A stretch of DNA of 64,000 nt from Thermodesulfobacteriota bacterium. Lineage in GTDB: Bacteria > Desulfobacterota > Desulfobacteria > Desulfobacterales > SURF-7. The DNA lies in the NCBI GenBank assembly GCA_049320885.1, contig JBMORA010000024.1:32001-96000 (forward strand). Reading direction: 5' to 3'. Shown one piece after another: positions 9,314-18,228 of the stretch. Made by a program: the position numbers and the translations under genes. The notes beneath the pieces are model-generated. The model ran no database searches. It saw only the letters and a list, made by a program, of their open reading frames with translations, and was not told where the DNA came from. The first letter of the stretch is position 1, and every line of letters starts with the position of its first letter.

Positions 9314-10356
9314 TTTCGTTTCCGTGACCGCTGGTCGATGAGCTCGCCGACAATGCTGACCGCTATTTCCTCCGGCGTTTCCGTATCGATGGGCAGACCG
9401 ATGGGACTGCGGACTCGCCCCAGGTCTGTTTCCGTGAAGCCTTCCGCGAGGAGGGCGGCGTATATCCGGTCGCGTTTTTTCCGGCTGCCGATCATCCCGA
9501 TGTATCCGGCCTTGGTTTTCAGGGCCTGGGCCAACACGGTCATGTCATGCACATGTCCCCGGGTGGCGATGACCACATAGCTGTCGGCATCGACATCGAG
9601 GTTTGCGAAGCATTCCTCGAAAGAATCGAGCAACCGGACCTCGGCGGGAGGTTGGAATCGGCATGGATCGGCGTATTCCTCCCTGTCGTCCAACACCACG
9701 GTGCGGAACCCCACGTGAACGGCCAGGGCCGAAACCTCCCCGGCCACATGTCCGGCGCCGAAGATATAGACGGGCGGCCGCCCCTCCAGTACGTCGATGC
9801 AGTACTTCCGGCCTTCCGATATTAGCAGGGTCGAGCCCGCCGCTTGCCGGCTCATGCGCCGCAGGGATTCCCGGATTTCGTCAGGGACGGGGAACGGCGG
9901 GTTGTCGCGACCGTCCCTGGTCCAGAAACGACCCAGGCAGCGGAGTCTGTTATCCTCGCCTTCGAATCCGGTGCATACAATGGTCATCCGGTGATCCCTG
10001 CCGGCTTTCAGTACGGATTCAAGGAAGGTGACGGTCTCCTCCTCCGGAGCGATATGTTCGCAAAGGACGGCAAGACGGCCGCCGCAGATCATGTCGGTCT
10101 CGGCCGCCGTCTCCGCGGAAAGCTCCATGACGGACAAAACGGAATGCCGGGTGGTGAAAATCTCCCTTGCCATCCGGATCACCGCCGCCTCCACCGGCCC
10201 GCCGCCGATGGTTCCGGCCATCCGCCTGTCCCTGCGGATGATCATGCCGGCGCCCGCTGTCCGGGGCGTCGACCCCCTGCTGTGGACAATCCTGGCGAGA
10301 ACCACCCCTTCCCCGGCCTTCAGGATTTCCAACGCTGCCGGAAACATGTCGTTCAT
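9295..10356 (-). CDS. xdhC: XdhC/CoxI family Moco insertion chaperone
   Basis: GSTPR, GTIGGG, ICGG, FGAGHVA, TRGH..D, YIGMIGS, PIGL, TPEEIAVSI. Confidence 0.92.
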   Translation of the reverse strand: MNDMFPAALEILKAGEGVVLARIVHSRGSTPRTAGAGMIIRRDRRMAGTIGGGPVEAAVIRMAREIFTTRHSVLSVMELSAETAAETDMICGGRLAVLCEHIAPEEETVTFLESVLKAGRDHRMTIVCTGFEGEDNRLRCLGRFWTRDGRDNPPFPVPDEIRESLRRMSRQAAGSTLLISEGRKYCIDVLEGRPPVYIFGAGHVAGEVSALAVHVGFRTVVLDDREEYADPCRFQPPAEVRLLDSFEECFANLDVDADSYVVIATRGHVHDMTVLAQALKTKAGYIGMIGSRKKRDRIYAALLAEGFTETDLGRVRSPIGLPIDTETPEEIAVSIVGELIDQRSRKRKWIGGE

Positions 10357-10400
10357 TGCATTTCATCCATGGTGTTTCAACCGTCGCTCCCCCGCCGGAC

Positions 10401-10772
10401 TCATTTCTTCTTAAAATTGCCGGTGGCGTATCCCAGAAAAATGTTCAGCGGAATGCTCAGGGTTTTGTCTCCCCTGATCTCCAGATCCCGGTTGGCTTCC
10501 GCCTTGAACAGACCGGTGGGATCCGGATTCGTCAATACCTTGAAGGCCGTGTTTCCGTCCCGCCACACATAGGCGACGTCATATTCGTTAAGGACATTGT
10601 CCGTGGCAAACGTACCGTCCCGGAAAAGGAAGCGTTTCCCGCGCCGGCCGTCCCTGGTCATCATGACGAACCGGTAATGATGGGTCTTCAGCATATCGCG
10701 GACGTATTTTTTGAGGGTGATGTGCAGCCGGATGATCAGGGGCAGAATGGTCATCAGGAGTGAGAATTTCAT
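10401..10772 (-). CDS. Small hypothetical protein, possibly SCP2/sterol-carrier-like fold
   Basis: In-operon ORF of 123 aa; the C-terminal LEIRGD pattern is reminiscent of SCP2 domains (inference). Confidence 0.55.
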   Translation of the reverse strand: MKFSLLMTILPLIIRLHITLKKYVRDMLKTHHYRFVMMTRDGRRGKRFLFRDGTFATDNVLNEYDVAYVWRDGNTAFKVLTNPDPTGLFKAEANRDLEIRGDKTLSIPLNIFLGYATGNFKKK

Positions 10773-10776
10773 ACCG

Positions 10777-11766
10777 TCATCCTCCGGAAACGGCGCCGCA
10801 GGCCAGAATCGTTCGTTGAACCAGCGCTTTGGCGATGGTCACCATGTAGGCATTCGCTTCCATGGGTTTGGCCTCGGCGACGGCCGCTTTCCCGGCTGCT
10901 TCCGCGCTGGTTTCATCGATGGCTTTTCCCGTCAGCGCCCGTTCCGCCGCCAAGGCCCTGCGGGGAACGACGCTTACGGCATTCAGGTATATCCGGACAT
11001 GGGTCACGGCGTCCTTTTCCCGCCGGATGACCGCGGCGCAATTGACGATGGGGAAATCGATGGATTTACGCAGGGCGAATTTCAGGAAAGCGCTGGAGGT
11101 GCCCGGCTCCGGCTCCGGCACCCGAATGGCCGTAACGATTTCATCTCGGTCCAGAACCGTTGTATGGTGAACACCCACCTGAAAAAATTCCGAAGCGGGG
11201 ATGATCCGTTTCGACGTGACGATCCCGGCGTTCATCGCCAGCACCGCCGGCGCCGTATCGCTGGGATGCACGGCGTAACAACCGCCTTCGACGCTCCCGC
11301 CGAATATCGAATGGTAGCGGTTGTCCCCCCGGATGGCGTAGCACCGGCCGCCGCCTTTGCGCAGGCAGGAAAACCGGTTGTTCGGCGTCCGGTAATACCA
11401 GCAGCGGATGTCCTGGCAGAGATTGCCGGCGATGGTGCCCATATTCCGCAGCTGCGGGGAAGCGGTCCGGCCGGCGGCTGCGGCTATGGCCGTATATTTC
11501 CGGCGGATGAGCGGATGGTCCGCCACCTGGGCGAGGGTGGCGAGGGCGCCGATGGAGAGGGCCCCGTCCTGCTCCCGGATCTCGTCCAGACCCGGAATGG
11601 TCTTGATGTTGATCAGGGCTTCCGGGTAGTCCGGCAGGTTGCGGTCCTTCATTTTGCCCAGAAGGTCGGTACCGCCGGCGATCATGTCCGCCTTTCCCCC
11701 ATAACGCTGCAACAACGCAACGGCTTCGTCCACGGAACAGGCGTTGAAATGCATGAAGTCTTTCAT
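10777..11766 (-). CDS. Xanthine dehydrogenase family FAD subunit with [4Fe-4S] insert (PaoB/HcrB type)
   Basis: AGGTDL, SPQLRNMGTIAGNL, insert CWYYR..C..C..CYAVHPSD, RKSIDF. Confidence 0.92.
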   Translation of the reverse strand: MKDFMHFNACSVDEAVALLQRYGGKADMIAGGTDLLGKMKDRNLPDYPEALINIKTIPGLDEIREQDGALSIGALATLAQVADHPLIRRKYTAIAAAAGRTASPQLRNMGTIAGNLCQDIRCWYYRTPNNRFSCLRKGGGRCYAIRGDNRYHSIFGGSVEGGCYAVHPSDTAPAVLAMNAGIVTSKRIIPASEFFQVGVHHTTVLDRDEIVTAIRVPEPEPGTSSAFLKFALRKSIDFPIVNCAAVIRREKDAVTHVRIYLNAVSVVPRRALAAERALTGKAIDETSAEAAGKAAVAEAKPMEANAYMVTIAKALVQRTILACGAVSGG

Positions 11767-11771
11767 CGGCG

Positions 11772-12371
11772 CTACCTCGTTTTATGGGCAGGTGATTTCA
11801 GTTTTTCCGCAGCCTCCCGAACGGCGATGACATGCTGGGGGTAGGTGCCGCAGCGGCATAAATTGCCGGAAAGGGCTTGGCGGATATCCTGCTCGTCCGG
11901 CGCGGGATTGGCGTCGAGGAGCGCCTTGGATGTGACCACGAAGCCCGGCGTGCAGTAGCCGCATTGCATGGCGTGATGCCGGACATAGGACTCGATCAGG
12001 GGGTGCCCGGTTTCGGCAATGCCTTCCACGGTTTCGATGGTTTTCCCGTCGCATTCCAGCGCCAGGATCATGCAGGAAAGCACCGGCTTCCCGTCCAGAA
12101 TGACCGAGCAGGAACCACAGGCGCCGTGGTCGCAGAATTGTTTGGAGCCCGTCAGACCGAGCCGGTCATGAATAAGGTGGTACAATGTCCAGCCGGGCCT
12201 GACATCCGGCGAATACTCCTTCCCGTTGATCCGAATCCGGATGCGGCCGCCGGGAGCCGGCAGCCTGCTTCCCCGGTGAATCGTCAGCATATGTTCCTTC
12301 AGCCCCTCCAGCGAAGGGAAATGCCCGTTGCAATGGGGGCACGTAAATTCTTTTATCTCCCGATCGGCCAT
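11772..12371 (-). CDS. Xanthine dehydrogenase family 2x[2Fe-2S] subunit with N-terminal C2H2 finger
   Basis: CDHGACGSC...C and QCGYC...LCRC motifs; N-terminal CPHC-x12-H-x4-H. Confidence 0.93.
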   Translation of the reverse strand: MADREIKEFTCPHCNGHFPSLEGLKEHMLTIHRGSRLPAPGGRIRIRINGKEYSPDVRPGWTLYHLIHDRLGLTGSKQFCDHGACGSCSVILDGKPVLSCMILALECDGKTIETVEGIAETGHPLIESYVRHHAMQCGYCTPGFVVTSKALLDANPAPDEQDIRQALSGNLCRCGTYPQHVIAVREAAEKLKSPAHKTR

Positions 12372-12387
12372 GGCTTCTACCTCCCTG

Positions 12388-14847
12388 TTAGCGTTTCCCG
12401 AGTGCCTTGAGCACCTTGTCCGGCGTAATCGGATGATCGTCGATCCACACTCCGATGGCGTTGTATACGGCCGGACCGATGAGTCCGGTCATGACCGTGC
12501 CCACATCCTCCCCGATCCCGACGGAACCGTAGGGTCCGTACCCCATTCCGCTTTCCACCAAGATCGTTTCGATGGGCGCGTCCACATCCAGGGTGGTGGC
12601 GATTTTATAATCCAGCAGGTTGCCGTTGAGCATGACGCCGGTGACGGGATCGTAAATCATTTCCTCGAATTTTCCCCGGCTCAATCCCATGATGGACCCG
12701 CCGTATTGCTGCCCCTCGCAACTCATGGGATTGATGGCCTTGCCCACATCGTTCACGTTGACCACCTTGACGATGTGGATCGCACCGGTAGCGGTATCCA
12801 CCTCGATTTCGAGGAAATGGGCCTGTCGGGTCAGATGGGGCCGGGGATTCTGGGGATTGTAACTCCCCACCTGGACATGGTAGCTGAAGGCAAACAACGG
12901 TTCCGTGAAGGCCCACCGGAAGCCCCCGCTTTCCGTCGAGGTGAGGGGGCCCGACTGCCCGGCTTCCCGGACGAAGTCCGCCAGGCGGATCCGCTCCGAC
13001 GGTGCGGATTTTTTCACAATCACGCTGTCGATGATGTCCAGTTCCTCGGGCTGGCAATCCGGAAATGCCGGCCGGAAACTGCCCCGCTGGGTTTTGGCCG
13101 TCGGCGCCACCGCCGCTTCCAGAATCCGCTGCTTCAGAATCCGGGCCGCATGCCGCACGGCCCACCCGTTGACGGACATATTGGTGGAGGAATCCGGGGA
13201 CATCCGGAAAAAGCCGGGATCGATCTGGGGATTGTAGCGCACATCCTCCAGGCGAAGCCCCAGTTCGTCGGCGGCGATGCGACAGTAGGTGTTTTCCGCG
13301 TCAACCCCGTTATCGCATCCCATGGCGAGAATGGAAGCGGTGCCGTCGTTACGTTCGATGCGGATGGCCATTTCGGCGGAGCCCAGGGAATCATCCCACT
13401 CGTTGGTCCAGGAAAACCCGAGGCCGTGCAGCCGGCCGTTGGGCAGTCTCCGGGCCCCGGGCGGATGCCATTTGGCGTCCCAGTCCATGGCCGCCTTGCC
13501 TTTTTCCACGCATTCCTTCAGGCTGTCGATGACGGGAAAACCCAGCTTTTTTTTCTCCTCGTCCAGATGGGTCTTGCCATGCCCTTCGACACCGTCGTTC
13601 CTCAAGGCGACTTCCACCGGGTCGAGCCCGCATTCGGCGGCCACGCGGCTGAAAATCATGGTCAGGCTCAAGGTGGTGGGCAGTTGTTCGCACCGCGTGG
13701 GGACGGCCGGCCCTTTGTTGATCCAAATGCTCTCCACTTTTCCATACAGATGAGGGATCTTCGTGGTTTCCCGCAGGTGGTTCACGGGATTGAACACCGG
13801 CCAGATCTGATTGGCGCAGATGGAGACCGCTTCCACGGCGAGGATGGTTCCATCCTTGTTGAAGCCCACCTTGAAACGGTAGATGCCGTCGTCCATGGAT
13901 TGGCCGTAGAAATCCTCCCGCCGGCTGAACACGTATTTCACCGGACGGCCGGTCTTCCTGGCCACGAATCCGGCGCAGTACAAGGGCCCCATGTTCCAGG
14001 GCACCTGCACCCAGCCGCCGAAGCTGGCTCCCTGATACAGGCAGTGCAACTGGATGCTGTTCATGGGGATGCCGCCATACCAGGTGGACATGTTTTTCTT
14101 GACCAGATGGGGGCGCTGCTGTTTCACCCACACCTCGGGGCAATCACCCTTCCACCGGAAAACCCCGCAGGGCCGTTCCGGGCCGATCCAGGTATGGCCG
14201 CGGCGCACAAACTCGAATTCGATGGTCCGCTCGGCTTCGGCAAACCCCTTTTTCACGTCACCCTGGGTCATGACGTCGAAGAGGCCGTTGTTCCAATAGT
14301 TGGCGTCCGGATACATTTCGGGATAGGAGAGATGGGCATGCTTCTCCCGGGCTTTCCGGATGTCCAGATGAAAGGGCCGCTCTTCCCACTCGACGCGGAT
14401 GAGGGCCAGGGCCTCCTCGGCGATGGCCTCGGTTTCCGCCGCCACGGCGGCTCCCATGGGCTCGCCCTCGAAATGGGCGATGCCGGAAAGCGGCGCGGGA
14501 TCGCCGTAAAGGCCCGCCACTTTTCCCAGACTGGCACGCTGCGGCAATTCGGGATGGTCGTAGCGCAGGACGAAGCGCACGCCGGGAAACCGCTCGGCCT
14601 CGCTCGTATCCATCCTCTTGATGGCGGCGTGGGGGAACGGCGAATCCAGAAAGCGCAGATACAGCATGCCGGGAAGCTGGACGTCCATGGTGTAGTCCGC
14701 TTTTCCGCTGGCCTTCGGAAGACCGTCCAGTCGGCGGGGGCCGCGCTTGCCCACATGGGTGCAGGTTTTGAGCGGAAACGGGTCGGCGCGCAGGTTGTCC
14801 TGCATGTCGCGCATGATCTGTTTCTCTTTCTCCGACAGAAGATCCAT
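12388..14847 (-). CDS. Xanthine dehydrogenase family molybdopterin-binding subunit
   Basis: R.DG..KASG.A.Y..D, GASFGG, V...FSRRED, LDPVE...RN, GKAINP...GQQYGG, L.DYK, GPYG..GIGE (catalytic Glu). Confidence 0.93.
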   Translation of the reverse strand: MDLLSEKEKQIMRDMQDNLRADPFPLKTCTHVGKRGPRRLDGLPKASGKADYTMDVQLPGMLYLRFLDSPFPHAAIKRMDTSEAERFPGVRFVLRYDHPELPQRASLGKVAGLYGDPAPLSGIAHFEGEPMGAAVAAETEAIAEEALALIRVEWEERPFHLDIRKAREKHAHLSYPEMYPDANYWNNGLFDVMTQGDVKKGFAEAERTIEFEFVRRGHTWIGPERPCGVFRWKGDCPEVWVKQQRPHLVKKNMSTWYGGIPMNSIQLHCLYQGASFGGWVQVPWNMGPLYCAGFVARKTGRPVKYVFSRREDFYGQSMDDGIYRFKVGFNKDGTILAVEAVSICANQIWPVFNPVNHLRETTKIPHLYGKVESIWINKGPAVPTRCEQLPTTLSLTMIFSRVAAECGLDPVEVALRNDGVEGHGKTHLDEEKKKLGFPVIDSLKECVEKGKAAMDWDAKWHPPGARRLPNGRLHGLGFSWTNEWDDSLGSAEMAIRIERNDGTASILAMGCDNGVDAENTYCRIAADELGLRLEDVRYNPQIDPGFFRMSPDSSTNMSVNGWAVRHAARILKQRILEAAVAPTAKTQRGSFRPAFPDCQPEELDIIDSVIVKKSAPSERIRLADFVREAGQSGPLTSTESGGFRWAFTEPLFAFSYHVQVGSYNPQNPRPHLTRQAHFLEIEVDTATGAIHIVKVVNVNDVGKAINPMSCEGQQYGGSIMGLSRGKFEEMIYDPVTGVMLNGNLLDYKIATTLDVDAPIETILVESGMGYGPYGSVGIGEDVGTVMTGLIGPAVYNAIGVWIDDHPITPDKVLKALGKR

Positions 14848-14856
14848 GTAAGCCTC

Positions 14857-16101
14857 CTATGGGGCGATGGCCGGCCCTCTTCCGGCATAATTCCGGATGT
14901 AGGCCGCCTGTTGAATCAGATTGGTGTAATCCGCCCGGAAGTACCGGAGGGAATCCAGAACCGGAACCGGAGCGGCCTGCCCCAATCCGCATAACGCACC
15001 CTGGGACATGACCCGTGACAATTCTTCCAGAACCCGAATATCGTCTTCCACGCCTTCACCCGACGCGATCCTATCGTAAACCCCTTTCATGACTTCCAGG
15101 CCGTCCCGGCAGGGCGTGCATTTGCCGCAGGACTCCTCGTGCAGAAAGGTCATGTCGTTGCGGACCGCATCGACGATGTTGCGGGAGGAATTCAGCACCA
15201 CAATAGCGCCGCAGCCGAGATAGGCTTCGTGGCACAAAGGGCTGTCGAGCATATGCGCCGGAAGGATGTTGCCGGTTGCGCCACCGATCTGAACCGCCTT
15301 GATGTCCCGGGCCCCTGCCAAATCCACCACCAGTTCCTTCAGGGAGGCGCCCATGGGAAGCTCATACACACCCGGATTCCGGACATCGCCGCTGACGCTG
15401 AAAACCTTGGTGCCCTTGCTCCGCCTGGTGCCGATGGCGCTGAATTCGCGGGCGCCGTGTTGGATGATGTACGGGATGTTCATCAGGGTCTCGACATTGT
15501 TGATGACGGTGGGCTGCCCGAAAAGTCCCCGGACGGGGGGATAGGGGGGCTTGAAGCGCGATTCCCCCCGCAGGCCTTCCAGGGAGTTCATCAGGGCCGA
15601 CTCCTCCCCGCAGATGTACGCGCCGGCTCCCTCGAACAAAACGATGTCCATTTGCTGCAAGAATCCCCGGGAGCGGACCTGCTCCAAAGCCCGCGAAAGC
15701 GGGTCGAAAAGCGAATGATATTCCGCCCGCAGGTAGATGGTGCCTGCGGTCGCGCCGATGGCCAGGCCGGCGATGCACATGCCTTCGATGAGCCCGAAGG
15801 GATCATGGGTCAGCAGGTAGCGGTCCTTGAAGGCGCCCACTTCACCTTCGTCCGCGTTGCAGATCAGAAATTTCCGCCCGGCTTTGGTGTTTTTGGCCAG
15901 TTGCCATTTCAGGCCGCAGCTGAATCCGGCGCCGCCCCGGCCGGTGAGTCCGGATTGCCGGACTTCTTCGATGATGTGATCCGGTTTCATGAAGTCCCGG
16001 GCCTTCCGGAAGGCTGCGAAACCGCCTCTTCCGAGGTACGATTCCAGGTCCCGGGAGTCCGCGGCGCCGCAGTTTCTCAATACGATCCGTTTCTCAGGCA
16101 A
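14857..16101 (-). CDS. NuoF/HoxF-like FMN/NAD(H)-binding subunit
   Basis: SGLTGRGGAGF, CNADEGE, GAGAYICGEE, NNVETL, ESCGKCTPCR...LCGLG; no extra ferredoxin domains. Confidence 0.93.
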   Translation of the reverse strand: MPEKRIVLRNCGAADSRDLESYLGRGGFAAFRKARDFMKPDHIIEEVRQSGLTGRGGAGFSCGLKWQLAKNTKAGRKFLICNADEGEVGAFKDRYLLTHDPFGLIEGMCIAGLAIGATAGTIYLRAEYHSLFDPLSRALEQVRSRGFLQQMDIVLFEGAGAYICGEESALMNSLEGLRGESRFKPPYPPVRGLFGQPTVINNVETLMNIPYIIQHGAREFSAIGTRRSKGTKVFSVSGDVRNPGVYELPMGASLKELVVDLAGARDIKAVQIGGATGNILPAHMLDSPLCHEAYLGCGAIVVLNSSRNIVDAVRNDMTFLHEESCGKCTPCRDGLEVMKGVYDRIASGEGVEDDIRVLEELSRVMSQGALCGLGQAAPVPVLDSLRYFRADYTNLIQQAAYIRNYAGRGPAIAP

Positions 16102-16119
16102 GGGCGCGCCTCCTCTTTG

Positions 16120-17244
16120 TCAATAGGCCCGCAGGATATCCGCTATCCTGTCCGGATGCACATTCCCGTAAAGCTCGTCGTTGACCAGCATGGCCGGCGC
16201 CTGGTCGCAGGCGCCGATGCAGCCCGCCAGTTCCAGGGAAAACCGCCCGTCGGAAGTGGTCTCCCCCGGACCGATGCCCAACTCCCGCTGCAGGGCCGCC
16301 ATCACGGCCCTTCCTGCCTTCAATTCACAGGGCAGGCAGCGGCAGACCCGGATGCGGTTGACCTCTCCGCCCTCCCTGGGCAGAAAGGCGTAAAAACTGG
16401 ACACTCCAAAGGTTTCAGCCAGGGAAAGACCGGTTTTCCGGGCCGCCGTGGCCATGGATTCCGCGGACAGGCTCCCCTTCCGGCCCAGTTCTTCCTTGAG
16501 CAGGGGTAGCAGGCGGGCGCATGCGGATTCCGGCGCATGTTTCGAACTTTCGCGCCGGCGCCCCGGCCCCGATTTCCCGCCGGGTCGAGTGACCGGCTCC
16601 CGCCGGGGATCGCTCAGGGCCCCGGTGGGACAGTATTCGATGCACACGCCGCAATCCCTGCATGCTTCCATGGTCAGGGCGGCGTCGTATCCCGCGATGA
16701 TCTTGCTGGCAAACCCGCGGTAGCCGACGCTCAGGATCCGCTTTCCGGCGATTTCCCCGCAGGCGGTGATGCATCGCCGGCACATAATGCATTTCGACAG
16801 ATCCCGCCGCACATAGGGGTTGGCGTCTTCCGCCGGATACGATCGCGGCTGCGCGATGGCGAAACGGGGCGCACCGACCTCCTGATTCGAGGCGAGACAA
16901 TGCAATCCGCAGGAGTCGGCGTTGGGGTCGCTTACACAATTGCCGGTATGGGCCGCGAGCATCAGCTCCACGACACCCCGGCGGACATCCAGAACCCTGG
17001 GACTCCGGGTGTGGATCACCATGCCTTCCGCGATCGGCGTATGGCATGACCCGGCAAGAGTCCGGGCCCATTCCACCTCCACCACGCACACCCGGCAGAC
17101 CCCGGTGGGCGGGTGGCCTTCGATATGGCACAAGGTCGGAATCTCAATGCCCGCCCGGCGGGCCGCCTCCAGGATGGTCGTTCCCTTGCGGAAGGAGACC
17201 ATTTTCCCGTCGATGGTTGCTTTTCGTGTAAACCGTGCAAACAT
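16120..17244 (-). CDS. Fusion of NuoG/HoxU-like Fe-S domains with a NuoE-like [2Fe-2S] domain
   Basis: IPTLC...CRVC...C, H-x3-C cluster, CIMCRRC...C and CRDCGVC...CP, then VSSFY...C-x4-C...CIGACDQAP. Confidence 0.9.
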   Translation of the reverse strand: MFARFTRKATIDGKMVSFRKGTTILEAARRAGIEIPTLCHIEGHPPTGVCRVCVVEVEWARTLAGSCHTPIAEGMVIHTRSPRVLDVRRGVVELMLAAHTGNCVSDPNADSCGLHCLASNQEVGAPRFAIAQPRSYPAEDANPYVRRDLSKCIMCRRCITACGEIAGKRILSVGYRGFASKIIAGYDAALTMEACRDCGVCIEYCPTGALSDPRREPVTRPGGKSGPGRRRESSKHAPESACARLLPLLKEELGRKGSLSAESMATAARKTGLSLAETFGVSSFYAFLPREGGEVNRIRVCRCLPCELKAGRAVMAALQRELGIGPGETTSDGRFSLELAGCIGACDQAPAMLVNDELYGNVHPDRIADILRAY

Positions 17245-17340
17245 AATCCGACCTTCCCTTGCTTCCGGTTTCCATCATCGGATGAAGGCGCAGGCCGCCG
17301 GGGTTTTCTTCCGGCGCGGATTCCCCTGCCAAAGCCTTCC

Positions 17341-18003
17341 TCAGCGCCGCGACCGCTGTTCCATTTCACCGCGAAATCCGGCGGCCATGGCATCCAGCAT
17401 CCGGTCCCGAACGGACAACGGGGATTCATGCATGTAATGGATCAGCTCGTTGTTGACGCCGGCGATATAGCCGTGCACCGTGCTCCAGTTCTGCACCAGA
17501 TAAAACCGGGCATCCTCTTCGGCAAGCGGCCTTCCCGCGGCCGCGGCGCATTCCTTGATCATCGCCAGCGCAAGATTCGTCACCTGCAGGGCAGTGACCA
17601 GTTCCCGGTGGGCGACCTCCTCCTGGGCGGTGCCGATATAATCATTGTATTTGGGGACATGCCAGGTGAACATGAGATTGTAAAAATTGGCGTTGCCCAG
17701 TCCGAAATCCATATAGGCTTCGATCAGGGCCTTCAATTTATCAAACGGGTCCGTGCATTCCCGGCAGGCCTGCTTCAATTTCTGAAACAGCATTTCAAAC
17801 CCTGCGGTCAGAATCCCCAGATACAGTTCGTCCTTGTTCCGATAATAACTGTATATCGCCGGCGTCGTCACCCCCATCATCTGGGCCAGTTTTTTCATGG
17901 TGAACCCCTCGAAGCCGGCTTTGTTCATCAGTGTCAGGGCATTCTGCAGAATTGTATTCTTGACCGCTTCGAATTCGGATTGATTTCGCTGTTTTCTAGG
18001 CAT
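17341..18003 (-). CDS. TetR/AcrR family transcriptional regulator
   Basis: GFEGFTMKKLAQMMGVTTPAIYSYYRNKDEL HTH; WSTVHG (WHG-type C-terminus). Confidence 0.93.
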   Translation of the reverse strand: MPRKQRNQSEFEAVKNTILQNALTLMNKAGFEGFTMKKLAQMMGVTTPAIYSYYRNKDELYLGILTAGFEMLFQKLKQACRECTDPFDKLKALIEAYMDFGLGNANFYNLMFTWHVPKYNDYIGTAQEEVAHRELVTALQVTNLALAMIKECAAAAGRPLAEEDARFYLVQNWSTVHGYIAGVNNELIHYMHESPLSVRDRMLDAMAAGFRGEMEQRSRR

Positions 18004-18006
18004 TTT

Positions 18007-18038
18007 CCCTTATTTTGACCCGCCCTTATTTTGACCCG
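18007..18038. repeat. Perfect 16-bp tandem duplication (CCCTTATTTTGACCCG x2) just upstream of the tetR start
   Basis: Read directly: 18007-18022 is identical to 18023-18038. Confidence 0.95.
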
Positions 18039-18048
18039 ATTGATATTT

Positions 18049-18083
18049 ATTTAATTAGATTAAATTAATTGTATTAAATTAAT
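18049..18083. promoter_or_regulatory. Candidate TetR operator (AT-rich inverted and direct repeats)
   Basis: ATTTAAT-tag-ATTAAAT inverted repeat at 18049-18065; ATTAAATTAAT at 18059 and 18073; lies in the divergent promoter region. Confidence 0.4.
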
Positions 18084-18228
18084 CATTCGCTATCATATTT
18101 CCGGTATTTGTCAAGTTTTTTTTACAAAATGAAACGGATTTACCTTGTGTAACAATTGAAAACCATTTAGGATAGCATTCGGTAACAATGTGGCAACGGC
18201 TGTCAAACTTCTGCCTGCATGAGCGCCC

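Noticed and set aside
12388..14847. Aerobic CO dehydrogenase CoxL
   Set aside because: Only Arg-Cys matches; the AYRCSFR context and coxDEFG accessory genes are absent.
12328..14994. 888-aa plus-strand ORF, and similar long ORFs at 7619-9580, 15139-16509, 22649-23929, 37824-39770 and 60688-62595
   Set aside because: Antisense shadows of well-supported genes in GC-rich DNA; no recognisable motifs.
14857..16101. Electron-bifurcating HydB-type subunit
   Set aside because: It is short (414 aa), lacks the extra N- and C-terminal Fe-S domains, and has ADEGE..AFK, GAGAYICGEE and GGATG, which resemble non-bifurcating NADH-dependent subunits.
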